NCBI GenBank assembly: GCA_964397565.1 | Contig: CAYNJC010000025.1 | Span: 84 to 64,083 of the forward strand | DNA from: an uncultured bacterium | GTDB lineage: Bacteria > Auribacterota > UBA3054 > JAPLST01 | Reading direction: 5' to 3' | DNA: 64,000 bases | Part shown: one piece after another, positions 18,126 through 28,250 of the stretch | How the letters are laid out: every line of letters starts with the position of its first letter | Position numbering within the stretch: the stretch's first letter is position 1 | Program-made: the position numbers and the translations under genes | Notes under the pieces: model-generated | What the model was told of the DNA's origin: nothing | The model's input: only the letters and a program-made list of their open reading frames with translations | Database searches by the model: none

Positions 18126-19433
18126 ATGACCGACCCATCCGTCGTTGTTGCGTATCCCAAGCCCGACCCAGCTTGGTTTGTCGCCAGCCGCTTTGGCATG
18201 TTCATCCACTGGGGCACCTACGCTCAGGCCGCACGCAATGAGTGGATGAAAAGCCATGAGCAAATCCCGGCCGACGCCTACATGGCCTACTTTGACCATT
18301 TCTACCCGGACTTGTACGCACCGCAGGAATGGGCCGCGCTGGCCGTCGCAGCGGGGATGAAGTATGTCGTCATCACGGCCAAGCACCACGAGGGTTTCTG
18401 CCTGTGGGACACGCAGTATACCGACTACAAAGCCACCAAGACCCCGTGGGGCAAAGACCTGCTCAAACCGTTTGTCGAGGCCTTCCGCGCGGCCGGCCTG
18501 CGGATCGGTTTTTACTACTCGCTGATTGACTGGCATCATCCGCAGTTCACCATTGACGCAAATCATCCCCTGCGCAACAATGCCGCGGAACGCGCCCGGA
18601 ACACGAGCCGGGATATGCGCATCTACACCCAGTACATGCGCGACCAAGTGCGTGAGTTGCTGACCCAGTTCGGCAAGATCGACATCATTTGGTACGACTT
18701 CTCATATCCGGGCCCGGATGGCAAAGGCCGCGCACAGTGGGAGTCTGAAAAGCTCTATGCCCTGACGCGTGAATTGCAGCCGCAGATTTTGATTGACAAC
18801 CGGCTCGATCTGCCCGGCTCGGGCGATTTCGTCACGCCCGAACAATTTCAGCCAATGGTGCAACCCAACGACGAACACGGCGCACCGGCCGTGTGGGAAG
18901 CCTGCCAAACCTTCAGCGGTTCGTGGGGCTATCACCGCGACGAACAGACTTGGAAATCCGTGCCACAATTGCTCTGGATGCTGATTGACGGCGTTAGCAA
19001 GAATGGCAATTTGTTGTTGAACGTCGGGCCGACCGCGCGGGGCGAGTTTGACGAGCGCGCCACTGAACGTCTGGCCGGCATCGCGACCTGGATGAAGCGG
19101 CACAGCCGCAGCATCTATGGCTGCGGCGCCGCGCCGCCTGAGTTCGCCTGCCCACCTGACTGCCGACTGACCTACAACGCCGCGACCAAGCGCCTTTATG
19201 TGCATGTCCTGAGCTGGCCGATGAGACATTTATGGTTGACCGGCGCCAGCTACTGCCAGCACGTGGCCTACGCCCAATTGCTCCACGATGCCTCGGAAAT
19301 TCAGCGCACCGGTATCGAGCAATGGCAGGAGCAAAACTCCGGCGCAGTCAAAAACGCTGACGTGGTCGGCCTCGTCCTGCCGATCCTCAAGCCGCCGGTC
19401 GCCATCCCTGTGCTTGAGCTTTTCTTGCGCTAA
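18126..19433 (+). CDS. Alpha-L-fucosidase (GH29)
   Basis: FGMFIHWGTYAQ ... KYVVITAKHHEGFCLWDT ... IGFYYSLIDW are typical GH29 catalytic-domain motifs. No obvious signal peptide. Confidence 0.88.
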   Translation: MTDPSVVVAYPKPDPAWFVASRFGMFIHWGTYAQAARNEWMKSHEQIPADAYMAYFDHFYPDLYAPQEWAALAVAAGMKYVVITAKHHEGFCLWDTQYTDYKATKTPWGKDLLKPFVEAFRAAGLRIGFYYSLIDWHHPQFTIDANHPLRNNAAERARNTSRDMRIYTQYMRDQVRELLTQFGKIDIIWYDFSYPGPDGKGRAQWESEKLYALTRELQPQILIDNRLDLPGSGDFVTPEQFQPMVQPNDEHGAPAVWEACQTFSGSWGYHRDEQTWKSVPQLLWMLIDGVSKNGNLLLNVGPTARGEFDERATERLAGIATWMKRHSRSIYGCGAAPPEFACPPDCRLTYNAATKRLYVHVLSWPMRHLWLTGASYCQHVAYAQLLHDASEIQRTGIEQWQEQNSGAVKNADVVGLVLPILKPPVAIPVLELFLR

Positions 19434-19486
19434 GACCGGCGGTGGTCCGACTCCGGCATGTCCTGCCGGAAAATGTTTGTGCTCAC

Positions 19487-20749
19487 CTACTGCCGTGCCC
19501 CCTCAGGATGCGCAGTAACTTCCCTCACGATCCGGCAGGCATCAGCGACTCTCTCTTCCATTGCGCCGGTCAACCGGTTTGTGTCACGAAAGATGAATTC
19601 AATGAAATAGCCGGCTCCGATATCCAGCGTTTCTCTGAGGTGTGCCCTGAAGTCATGCGGATCAAACGTCGCGCCGCAGAGTTTCAAGGGGACCGGTTTT
19701 CTGGACCAGATGATGCCGCTATGGCAATGGGCGGCAAGTTTCTTCTGATCGCACCATGGCGAGACACTTATTTTGCGGAGTCCATGCAGTTCCTGGAGGT
19801 GGGGCATGAAGCCATGGACCGGTTCGCAGCACCCGAATTTCATCAGTCTGAACCGCGCGGCAAGTTTCCGGAAATGAGGCATGAGAAACTCGGCGAACAT
19901 GTCCGGAGAAAGACCGGCAGCTTCCTGTGCTTCAAGATATCCGTACCGGTCTGTGGAAAGGATGGGGTCCCCTGGCGTAATCGCGCGACCCGGAAGGTCG
20001 TCTGAAAATTGCGAACTGCCTGAACAGTACCCCTGATTGCCGTCATGGTTGTGCGTGAGCAGCCCCAGATCTTCCTCCCACTGTCCCAGCGCCATGTTGT
20101 CCTCGGCGAGGAATGTCAGCAGGCGATGAACGGCGGCGGGCTGCATGGCCATCTGGAGATAGAGTTCCTGCATGCCCATCAGATGGACCGCCTTGCCGGT
20201 AATGCCGTCCGAGTAGCACGAGCCACATCGGCCGACCACGACCGGCAAGAGTCCCTGGAAAACATTCGCCGCCAGTTCCGCGTGCGCATCCGTCAACTGC
20301 CTGTTCAGCGTCAGGGTTCTTTTCTTCAGTTTGTCGAAATCACCGTCAATATCCTTGACGGGCTTGTTGGTTGCATATCCGAACAGTCCACCATGGCCGT
20401 CGTCTGCATGAGTGAACTGGAGCGCATCACAGTACGTGCTGATCTCGGTTACCCAGTCGACGACGAATCTGTCCGGTATGATCCGGTCATCATTGATGCG
20501 CTCATAGCTCACGATGGCATGGAGAAGTTGCGCCTCAAGATGTCGCTGCAGCGGATCTTCGCATATCAGCGCCGGGATCAGATCCTGAAGATAGGTGCCA
20601 TTGTCTTCGATGTGAAACGGGAACGTTCGTGCCCGCAGGCCATTATGCAGCCGCCACTTCTGCCTGCGCTGCGCCATGACCTCGCCGAGGGCATATGCCG
20701 CGTACGTGCCGGCGAGACGCCTCAGGTGTGAGCGGCATTGTTCATGCAT
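19487..20749 (-). CDS. Hypothetical protein (possibly URO-D-like TIM-barrel fold)
   Basis: 420-aa ORF with an ATG start and coherent codon usage. My impression of uroporphyrinogen-decarboxylase-like similarity is weak. Confidence 0.5.
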   Translation of the reverse strand: MHEQCRSHLRRLAGTYAAYALGEVMAQRRQKWRLHNGLRARTFPFHIEDNGTYLQDLIPALICEDPLQRHLEAQLLHAIVSYERINDDRIIPDRFVVDWVTEISTYCDALQFTHADDGHGGLFGYATNKPVKDIDGDFDKLKKRTLTLNRQLTDAHAELAANVFQGLLPVVVGRCGSCYSDGITGKAVHLMGMQELYLQMAMQPAAVHRLLTFLAEDNMALGQWEEDLGLLTHNHDGNQGYCSGSSQFSDDLPGRAITPGDPILSTDRYGYLEAQEAAGLSPDMFAEFLMPHFRKLAARFRLMKFGCCEPVHGFMPHLQELHGLRKISVSPWCDQKKLAAHCHSGIIWSRKPVPLKLCGATFDPHDFRAHLRETLDIGAGYFIEFIFRDTNRLTGAMEERVADACRIVREVTAHPEGARQ

Positions 20750-20937
20750 TACGGACCTCGTCTTGCTGGCGAACTACTTCCATGCAGTTACTACTCAGTG
20801 CATGCACTACTTGACATAGAGGGTAAAGAGATGAACAGAGCAACAGGAGCCGGCACATCCTTATGACTGCTGGTTCTCTTCCTGCTCTTTCGACCTCTGG
20901 TCCTCTTCGTTACAGCGCAAAGTAAATGTAAATCTTA

Positions 20938-21066
20938 TTACTAATGAAACCGCTTTCTACGTTGCAGTGTCCGTGTAGCCGCCCGCGGTGAGGGCGGCTT
21001 CTGCAGCCGCGGTCATCGCCCGCGGCCACAATGGGCATGACACCAAGTAAGCGCATGCATTAGTAG
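20938..21066 (+). mobile_element. MITE-like repeat, copy B (short form)
   Basis: TTACTAATGAAACCGCTTTCTAC ... AGTAAGCGCATGCATTAGTAG. By my manual alignment it has 13 mismatches to copy C over 129 positions. Confidence 0.85.
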
Positions 21067-21218
21067 TATCATACGGCATATAGCACAACATGTCAAGACT
21101 ACGCACGTGATTTTCAATCATTTGACAAAGCATTACGCACATGCTACACTGTCACCATCTTGATTTTTTGGCGTAGGTACACTAAAGAACACCTAGTGGA
21201 ACTAAAGGAATCTTACTC

Positions 21219-22622
21219 ATGCGGAATACGACAAATATCGTCGTGATCATCGTAGACACATTGCGCGTGGCGGATGTGGGATGCTACGGGAACGGGCACG
21301 TACACACGCCCCATCTGGATGCGTTGGCCCGACGGAGCCTTCGTTTCACGCGCGCGTATCCGGAGAGCCTCCCCACGATCCCCGTGCGTCGAGCCCTGCA
21401 CACCGGCCGTCGCGCGTATCCTTTTCGCGATTATACAGCCTGCAAGTGGGGAACCGTCTGTACGCCTGGTTGGCAGCCGCTCGCTGAAGATGAAGATACG
21501 CTGGCCGAAAACCTAGCCGCGGCAGGTTATCAGACGGGGTTTGTGTGCACCACGCAGCACTGCTGGAATCCCGGTTTCAACTTTCAGCGCGGCTTTTGGC
21601 AGTGGGAATTTGTGCGCGGTTATTCCGGTGAAGATCGCTGGAATTCGCCGTTCGCCGTTCCCCGCGAAGCGCTGTCACGCTACGGGGCTGCAGATGCGCT
21701 GCTTGCCAAGCCGCATGCCGGACTGGGTGCGCCGATGGTTCTGGCCAACCGCGGCGTCAGCATGATTGACGAAGAAACCGCCACGGCCAAGGCGTTCACC
21801 TGGGCTGCTCGGTTCCTGGCAGATAATCGCGACGTCCCGTTCTACCTGCTGATCGATTCGTTTGCACCCCACGAGCCGTGGGAAGCTCCACAGAAGTACT
21901 ACCAGCTCTACGGGGATCGCGACTACCAGGGGACGAAGCATCTTTGTTCCTGTTACGGACCGGCTGATCGCTATGCCGTTGAGGAACTCAACTACATGAG
22001 GGCGCACTACCAAGGGCTGGTCACTCACGTCGACCACTGGTTCGGGGTCTTCATGGAGACGCTGGACAAGCTGGAACTTGCAAAGAACACGGCGGTGTTG
22101 CTTATCAGCGACCACGGAACCAACTTCTGTGAGAATCCACGAAAGGTGATCGGAAAACCATCCGACTCAATGTATCCAAGCCTCATGCGGCTGCCATTGT
22201 TCCTGAAAACGCCGGAGGAGCACGCCGCCGGAACCGTGTGCCACGAACAGGTCTACAATTTCGACCTGACTGCAACGGTCTATGACTTGGCCGGGGTCGC
22301 GTCGGCCCAGCGCATTTCAGGGCAGAGCCTCTACCCCCTTTGCGGTGGAAGAGGCCAGTGGCAACCACGCGAGTATATTACGTGCCGGTACGCAAACTCG
22401 CTGTGCTACCTGGATGATTCGACCTGGGCGCTGGGCGACATTGACGGACACCTCCAGGAAGTCTTTGATGTAAAAGACGATCCCGAATGCAGATCGCCGC
22501 TGGAGCAAAAGGATGCTGAACCCCGGTGGGAGCGCGCATGGAGACGGTTGCTTGCTGACGCCGGCGGGGAGTTCCCCGACTACCGTGGCGCGCAGAAAAC
22601 GGACGCTCTTGGGCGCCGCTAG
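21219..22622 (+). CDS. Sulfatase-family (alkaline-phosphatase superfamily) protein with Thr at the formylglycine position
   Basis: NIVVIIVDTLRVADVGCYG ... LPTIPVRRALHTGR aligns to the C/S-x-P-x-R-x4-TG sulfatase signature with Thr in place of Cys/Ser. No signal peptide. Confidence 0.75.
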   Translation: MRNTTNIVVIIVDTLRVADVGCYGNGHVHTPHLDALARRSLRFTRAYPESLPTIPVRRALHTGRRAYPFRDYTACKWGTVCTPGWQPLAEDEDTLAENLAAAGYQTGFVCTTQHCWNPGFNFQRGFWQWEFVRGYSGEDRWNSPFAVPREALSRYGAADALLAKPHAGLGAPMVLANRGVSMIDEETATAKAFTWAARFLADNRDVPFYLLIDSFAPHEPWEAPQKYYQLYGDRDYQGTKHLCSCYGPADRYAVEELNYMRAHYQGLVTHVDHWFGVFMETLDKLELAKNTAVLLISDHGTNFCENPRKVIGKPSDSMYPSLMRLPLFLKTPEEHAAGTVCHEQVYNFDLTATVYDLAGVASAQRISGQSLYPLCGGRGQWQPREYITCRYANSLCYLDDSTWALGDIDGHLQEVFDVKDDPECRSPLEQKDAEPRWERAWRRLLADAGGEFPDYRGAQKTDALGRR

Positions 22623-22729
22623 ATGACTCTCAACAATCACATCGAACCTCCGACGTGCACCGCGCTTCATGCGCGCCGTTCGCCAAGCCAGAACGACCGC
22701 TGCGCCGGAGATTCACGGAGGTATGTCGC

Positions 22730-24718
22730 GTGAAAACACAAACAAGTGCAGAACAGAGCATCACCTTGAACCACGGCGTGATCGTGGTGGATGAGAACCA
22801 GCCTGCGTATGTGCAGCATGCCGTCGGGGAACTGGCAGAGTATCTCAAAGAAATCACTGGCAGTGAGATAGGTATAAAAAGTGCACCGGTGCCGGATGCC
22901 CCGCTCCAGATCGTCGTGGGCGGGCCAAGCGTGCAGAAGGTAGCCCCCGATCTCTGGCAGGCACACGCGGAAACTCTGGGGCAGGAGGGCTTCCTGATCC
23001 GCGCGCTGCCGCACGGCCGCGGGACGGCCTTGATCGTGATGGGTGCCACGCCCCAGGGGACCAATTATGGCGTGATCGATCTGATGAAGCGGATTCAGGT
23101 GCGGGAGCAATCGGCCTTTGTCTGCACTACGAACGATGTCATCATCAGACCTTCCTTTCCGGTGCGCGGCATGCATCTGAACGGCTGGGCGTTCAAGTAC
23201 CCGCACACCTTTCGATGCTGGAAAGAGGCTGACTGGCGGCACTACGTGGATCTCCTCGCCTACCAGGGTGTCAACCTTTTCTTCATCTGGCCCTTCATGG
23301 AGATCATGCCGGTGCCCCTCTCGGCGGAAGACGAGGAGTACCTGCACGAGGTGCGGCGCGTCGTAGACTACGCCCAGCGACAGCGCGGCATGGAGGTGTG
23401 GGTGTTCCAGAGTGCGAACCGGGTGGCGGTGTCAGACTGCGGAGTGCGCGATCCGCGCCTGCGCCCCTATTGGGTGTTGCAGGCGCAGGGCGACTTTCCG
23501 GCCGCGGGCCAGGTCGACATGGACCCGGCCAATCCGCAGCAGTTCGAGGCGATCATGCAATCACGCGAGGCGCTGTATCGCATCGTCAACAATGCCGACG
23601 GCTACTGCACGATTGACAACGACCCGGGTGGGATGGAACAGAGTCCCGTCGGCGATTTCATGAAGATCTTTACGGCCTCCCGCGCGCTGCTTGATCGGCT
23701 CGCCGTCCTCGGGCAACGCACGAAATTGATCCAATGGCTGTGGACCGGCTGGGGTGTCGGCGGGCGGTGGTGGGCCGCAGACTGCAACCCGCAGGAGCGG
23801 CATGACTTCATGCGGGAAATGATCCGCGCGATGAAGGAGCTACGGGAACCCTGGTGGATCGTTGCGGGCCGGCGGGAGTATCTGCCGGCATGCGCGGCCG
23901 AAGGGGTATTGGCCAAAACGGTGTACCTGCCCTATAGCATCATCGAGGACGAGCCGTCGCGCCCACGCACGCAGCACAACTTCCCGAACATGCGCGATCA
24001 TTTGGACGCGCTGTCATCCTATCCGGGAATTGCAGGGGTCATGGGCAATGTGCAGACGCCGCTGCTGCAGTTCCCGCACGTCTACAGTTTTCTTTCCTCC
24101 GCCTGGGACTTTGAGTCTCGGCGGCGAAGCCCGCGCGAAGTCCTCCTGGAACTGGCGCGGCACCTCTATCCCGACCAGGCGGAGGTGCTGGCCGACTGCT
24201 GGATAGCCCTGGCGTCGTGCGGTCGAGCGCACATGGACGAACTCGTTGGCTGTCTGGAGCGGTTGACGGCCGAGGACTGCTTGGTCCGACCAGGGATGTT
24301 TGCGCGCAAATTGTTCCCTCATCGTCTACAGATTACGCGGGACTTGCTTTGGCAGTTGAAGGGCCGACTGGCGTTCGAAGCGTTACGGGCGGGCGCAACT
24401 TCCGACGCGCGGCCGGAAACGTGCGCGACGTTGATCGAGGCGTGGCTGGACGCAGAACTGGCGTGGGACCAGCAGCACGGCTGGTCTGTCTATTGGCGCA
24501 CATTGGGTCGCGCGTGGGACCTTATGCCCGTAGCGGACGCGGGATTCCCGCAGATCCTCGCGAACGTGAAGAAGGTCTTGGGGGGCACCGCCGACGAGCC
24601 GACTCTGGATTTGTTCCTGGAGCCGATATGCCAGCGCCTGATGCGCAAATACGACGCATGGGTGGTGGCGCAGTGTGCCATCGCGCCCTTGAAGAAAGCC
24701 ATCCTGGAAGTAAAGTGA
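22730..24718 (+). CDS. Hypothetical protein, putative glycoside hydrolase-like
   Basis: In-frame GTG at 22730 preceded by GGAGG (22717-22721). The N-terminal alpha/beta module followed by a TIM-barrel-like region (PVRGMHLNGW ... YQGVNLFFIWP) is an impression only. Confidence 0.5.
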   Translation: MKTQTSAEQSITLNHGVIVVDENQPAYVQHAVGELAEYLKEITGSEIGIKSAPVPDAPLQIVVGGPSVQKVAPDLWQAHAETLGQEGFLIRALPHGRGTALIVMGATPQGTNYGVIDLMKRIQVREQSAFVCTTNDVIIRPSFPVRGMHLNGWAFKYPHTFRCWKEADWRHYVDLLAYQGVNLFFIWPFMEIMPVPLSAEDEEYLHEVRRVVDYAQRQRGMEVWVFQSANRVAVSDCGVRDPRLRPYWVLQAQGDFPAAGQVDMDPANPQQFEAIMQSREALYRIVNNADGYCTIDNDPGGMEQSPVGDFMKIFTASRALLDRLAVLGQRTKLIQWLWTGWGVGGRWWAADCNPQERHDFMREMIRAMKELREPWWIVAGRREYLPACAAEGVLAKTVYLPYSIIEDEPSRPRTQHNFPNMRDHLDALSSYPGIAGVMGNVQTPLLQFPHVYSFLSSAWDFESRRRSPREVLLELARHLYPDQAEVLADCWIALASCGRAHMDELVGCLERLTAEDCLVRPGMFARKLFPHRLQITRDLLWQLKGRLAFEALRAGATSDARPETCATLIEAWLDAELAWDQQHGWSVYWRTLGRAWDLMPVADAGFPQILANVKKVLGGTADEPTLDLFLEPICQRLMRKYDAWVVAQCAIAPLKKAILEVK

Positions 24719-24885
24719 TCCGTCTGGAAAAAGGAGTGCGCACGAGGGGCCATTGGGTGCTAGTGGGGGCGGACCTAAACACACAGTTGCCCTTCATGGT
24801 GTGGCATCATCAGAAGGGCTGCATTTGACCGATAGACCGCCGTTTTGCACAGCAAAATCGGCCAAATAAGGATACGCGGCCCCTC

Positions 24886-25014
24886 TTACTAATGAAACCG
24901 CTTTCTACATTGCAACGTCCTTATAGCTGCCCGCGGTGAGGGCGGCTTCTGCAGCCGCGGTCAGCGCCCGCGGCTACAGTTGGCATGGCACCTAGTAAGC
25001 GCATTCATTAGTAG
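24886..25014 (+). mobile_element. MITE-like repeat, copy C (short form)
   Basis: Same termini and core as copy B, in the same orientation. Confidence 0.85.
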
Positions 25015-25052
25015 ATACACCTTTGATACACCTTTGCTTGATCAGCGTGCCA

Positions 25053-25142
25053 CGCCGTAGGCGGGATCCACGTCGATGGCGGGATCCACGCCGCTGGCGG
25101 GACTAGGCTGGTGCCTTAGCTAACCAAGCCAGCTCCAAGCAG
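25053..25142 (+). repeat. Free-standing copy of the ~94-bp GGCGGGATC/...CTCCAAGCAG module
   Basis: ggcgggatccacgtcgatggcgggatccacgccgctggcgggactaggctggtgccttagctaaccaagccagctccaagcag is related to the insert nested in MITE copies A and D. Confidence 0.75.
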
Positions 25143-25195
25143 CCAGCTTTGCCTTCGCGGCTGCGCGACTTCGTGGCGAGCACCGCATTGGCGCT

Positions 25196-25224
25196 TTGAT
25201 TGCCGGCGCGTAAAATGATAGACT
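25196..25224 (+). promoter_or_regulatory. Sigma70-type promoter TTGATT-N17-(TGa)TAGACT, leaderless configuration
   Basis: ttgatt at 25196-25201 and tagact at 25219-25224. Only 6 nt to the ATG at 25231 and no Shine-Dalgarno. Confidence 0.5.
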
Positions 25225-25230
25225 ATCCCC

Positions 25231-26712
25231 ATGTCTATCGAATGCCATGCACAAACGACCGGCATGGTCGTCAGTCCTTCAGCCACCGTTGTATTGCATG
25301 CGCCGGTGTTCGTTCACCTGCGCACGTACGGTTGCCAGATGAACGTGCTGGACTCAGAAATTCTCAGCGGCTTGCTCGCGGCACGCGGTTTTGTCATCAC
25401 CGCCGATGAAGAAGCTGCTGATGCCGTGCTGTTCAACACCTGTAGCGTGCGCGACAAGTCCGAGCGCAAAGTGTTGGGCAAACTGGGCATGTTGACGTAT
25501 GCCCGTACCCGGCGGCCTGAATTGGTGCTGGGGGTGCTGGGCTGCATGGCCGAATTGTCCGGCGACGAACTGCTGCGGCGCGCGCCGCAGCTTGATTTTG
25601 TGTGTGGCACGAATCAGCGCCAGCACGTGCCCGCCTTGCTGTATCAGGCGCTGTGCCGGCGCGTGGCGGCAGCGCCGGCTACCCGCCACAACACAGCCTC
25701 GCTCGAGCGTCTGCGCCAAGCCCTCAATGGCCACGCCGCTCAACCTGTGGAACATGCACAGGTGGTCACCGGCCTGGATGCGCACTCGACCGTGGACGAA
25801 CGCGTCGCCGTGCGGGCCCAGCCGTGGCGCGCCTACGTCGAAATCATGCGCGGCTGCAGCAACTTCTGCTCGTATTGCGTCGTGCCCTACGCACGCGGGC
25901 CGGAAGTCAGCCGCGCGACCGACGATATCGTGGTGGAGATCGAACAGCTTGTTGCGCACGGTTGCCGCGAAGTAACGCTGCTGGGCCAAAATGTGAACTC
26001 CTATGGCAAGGATCGTGGGGAGGGACCCGCTGCGTTTCCCGCCTTGTTGCACCGGCTCAATGCCATCGCGGATTTGCGCTGGCTGCGCTTTGTCACCTCC
26101 AATCCGCAGGACGTTTCGGACGCCTTGATTGCCGCGCTGGCCGCGTGCGAGAAAGTATGTCCGCAGATTCATTTTCCGCTGCAATCCGGGTCGGATCGCG
26201 TGTTGCAGCGCATGCACCGCCAGTATAGCTGCGCCGACTATTTCGACCACGTCGCGCAGATACGCGCAGCCGTGCCGGCGATGATGTTCAGCAGCGATTT
26301 CATTGTGGGCTTTCCGGGCGAGACGGACGAGGATTTTCAGGCGACCGTGGCGGCGCTGGAGCAGGTGCGCTTCGCCAGCGCGTTCATCTTCAAATACAGT
26401 CCGCGACCGCGCACCGCCGCCGCGCGCGACCTGCAGGACGACGTGCCGACCGCCGTGAAGGAGGCGCGCCATCAGCAGTTGCTCGCCCGGCAAAACGCGC
26501 ACACCCTGGCACACCATCAGCAGCAGATCGGTACTCGCCAACTCGTGCTCGTGGATGGCCCCAGCAAAACCAACCCGGCCATGCTGCAAGGCCGCAGTGC
26601 GCAACATTTCAACATTGTTTTCCCCGGCGCCGCGCACCTGGCCGGCGCCTTTGTGGCGGTGCACATTACGCATGCCACCGCGTTGACCTTGTACGGAGAA
26701 CAAGCGCCATGA
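25231..26712 (+). CDS. miaB: tRNA-2-methylthio-N6-dimethylallyladenosine synthase (radical SAM methylthiotransferase)
   Basis: LRTYGCQMNVLDSE N-terminal cluster motif, radical SAM motif GCSNFCSYCVVPYARG, and a TRAM-like C-terminus. Confidence 0.88.
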   Translation: MSIECHAQTTGMVVSPSATVVLHAPVFVHLRTYGCQMNVLDSEILSGLLAARGFVITADEEAADAVLFNTCSVRDKSERKVLGKLGMLTYARTRRPELVLGVLGCMAELSGDELLRRAPQLDFVCGTNQRQHVPALLYQALCRRVAAAPATRHNTASLERLRQALNGHAAQPVEHAQVVTGLDAHSTVDERVAVRAQPWRAYVEIMRGCSNFCSYCVVPYARGPEVSRATDDIVVEIEQLVAHGCREVTLLGQNVNSYGKDRGEGPAAFPALLHRLNAIADLRWLRFVTSNPQDVSDALIAALAACEKVCPQIHFPLQSGSDRVLQRMHRQYSCADYFDHVAQIRAAVPAMMFSSDFIVGFPGETDEDFQATVAALEQVRFASAFIFKYSPRPRTAAARDLQDDVPTAVKEARHQQLLARQNAHTLAHHQQQIGTRQLVLVDGPSKTNPAMLQGRSAQHFNIVFPGAAHLAGAFVAVHITHATALTLYGEQAP

Positions 26713-27407
26713 AGTCAGCCAAGCAATCCACGCGTGCCGCCGAGCCGGCCAAAGAGCTGATGCCACGCGAGAAACTTGCCGCGCTCGGCCCCGGTGCCCT
26801 GACGGTCGCGGAATTGCTGGCGATCATTTTTGGCACGGGGCGGCGTGGCGAACCGGTCAAGGAATTGGCTGGTCGGATTTTGCGCGAGTATGGCGCCTTT
26901 GCCTTGCGCGATGCGCGCACCCTTGCGCAGGTGCAGCGCGAAACCGGGTTGCCGCTCGTCAAGTCCTGCCAGTTGCTGGCCTGCTTTGAGCTGGGCGCGC
27001 GCTTGTTCAAGCCACTACCCCACGACAAACAAGCCGTCACCATTCGCACGCCGCAGGATGTCTTTGAGTTTCTGACCGACATGCGCAGCCTGCGCAAGGA
27101 GCAATTGCGCGGCCTGTACCTTAATGCGCGCAATGTCGTGATTCACCAGGAGACCGTCTCGATCGGCACGATCACCGCCAATTTGGTGGATGCCAAGGAA
27201 GTCTTTCGCCCGGCCCTCGAGTATGGCGCCATCAGCGTGATAATCGCCCACAATCATCCGTCCGGCAATCCCGAGCCGAGTGACGAGGACATCGCCGTCA
27301 CGGCCCAGCTTTCGCATGCCGGCAGCATTCTCAGCGTGCGCTTGATTGATCACATCATCATTGCCGGCGAGAGTTTCGTCTCGCTCAACGAGCGGGGTGT
27401 GGTATAA
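26709..27407 (+). CDS. radC: RadC-family JAB-domain protein
   Basis: HNHPSGNPEPSDEDIAVT JAMM motif. ATGA overlap with miaB. Confidence 0.88.
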   Translation: MKSAKQSTRAAEPAKELMPREKLAALGPGALTVAELLAIIFGTGRRGEPVKELAGRILREYGAFALRDARTLAQVQRETGLPLVKSCQLLACFELGARLFKPLPHDKQAVTIRTPQDVFEFLTDMRSLRKEQLRGLYLNARNVVIHQETVSIGTITANLVDAKEVFRPALEYGAISVIIAHNHPSGNPEPSDEDIAVTAQLSHAGSILSVRLIDHIIIAGESFVSLNERGVV

Positions 27408-28207
27408 TGGGCCGGCATGTATCCATGTGGCTTCTGGCATGCAGTGCCCTGGCGGCATGCGTATGCCGGGCCGGGCCGATGGATGACGCCGAACAGTATT
27501 TTCTGCAGCGCAAGTACAGCGCGGCAATTCAGGCTTGTACACAAGCCTTAACCTTTGACTTGAGCGCGCCGAATCGCGCCAGGTGCTGGTATATGCTGGG
27601 CCAATCGTATTTGATGAGCGGCAACGCCAGTAAGGCGCGCAGCGCGTTTCAGACGATTCTGACGGACTATGCCGCCACCGCCTGGCTGCCGCACGCCTAT
27701 CTGGGTGTGGGCGACGTGGCCTTTCATCAAAAAAAGTATGATGACGCGCTGAAGGCCTACAAGAGCTCGATGAGTGCGCAATTTCTGCGGCAATACGGCG
27801 CGAGTGTGTATTATCGTCTGTTGCGCGTCCATCGCGCGCGCGGCGAGACAGCCTTGGTCACGCGCTACGAAAGTGTTTTGCGCAACCAATATCCCAATAG
27901 TCTTGAAGCACGCTTGATGCTGAACGGCAAGGAGACGACGCAGCCGGCGCCCGCGCCCGCCGGCGCCATGCAGTATGCCGTGCAGGTGGCGTTCACGCCG
28001 CGCGCCGATTATGCCCAAGCCGCCGCCACACGCCTCAAGAAGAAGGGCTACAATGCCTATCTCGACACCGCAACCATCAAAGGCAAGGCCGGGTATCGCG
28101 TGCTGGTCGGCCGCTATCAAGGCCGCGAAGCCGCGGATGCTTTGGCCAAGAAACTTGCTGGCGCCGAGAAGATGCCTGGTTTTGTCACCACAATCGCCGC
28201 GGATTGA
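27407..28207 (+). CDS. TPR-repeat plus SPOR-domain protein
   Basis: Signal-like N-terminus and TPR-like repeats. C-terminal SPOR-like segment YAVQVAFTPRADYAQAAATRLKKKGYNAYL ... YRVLVGRYQGREAADALAKKL. Confidence 0.7.
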   Translation: MGRHVSMWLLACSALAACVCRAGPMDDAEQYFLQRKYSAAIQACTQALTFDLSAPNRARCWYMLGQSYLMSGNASKARSAFQTILTDYAATAWLPHAYLGVGDVAFHQKKYDDALKAYKSSMSAQFLRQYGASVYYRLLRVHRARGETALVTRYESVLRNQYPNSLEARLMLNGKETTQPAPAPAGAMQYAVQVAFTPRADYAQAAATRLKKKGYNAYLDTATIKGKAGYRVLVGRYQGREAADALAKKLAGAEKMPGFVTTIAAD

Positions 28208-28250
28208 CCCATGACCAATAACCAATGAACTACTGCCCTTGACCCCGCGC

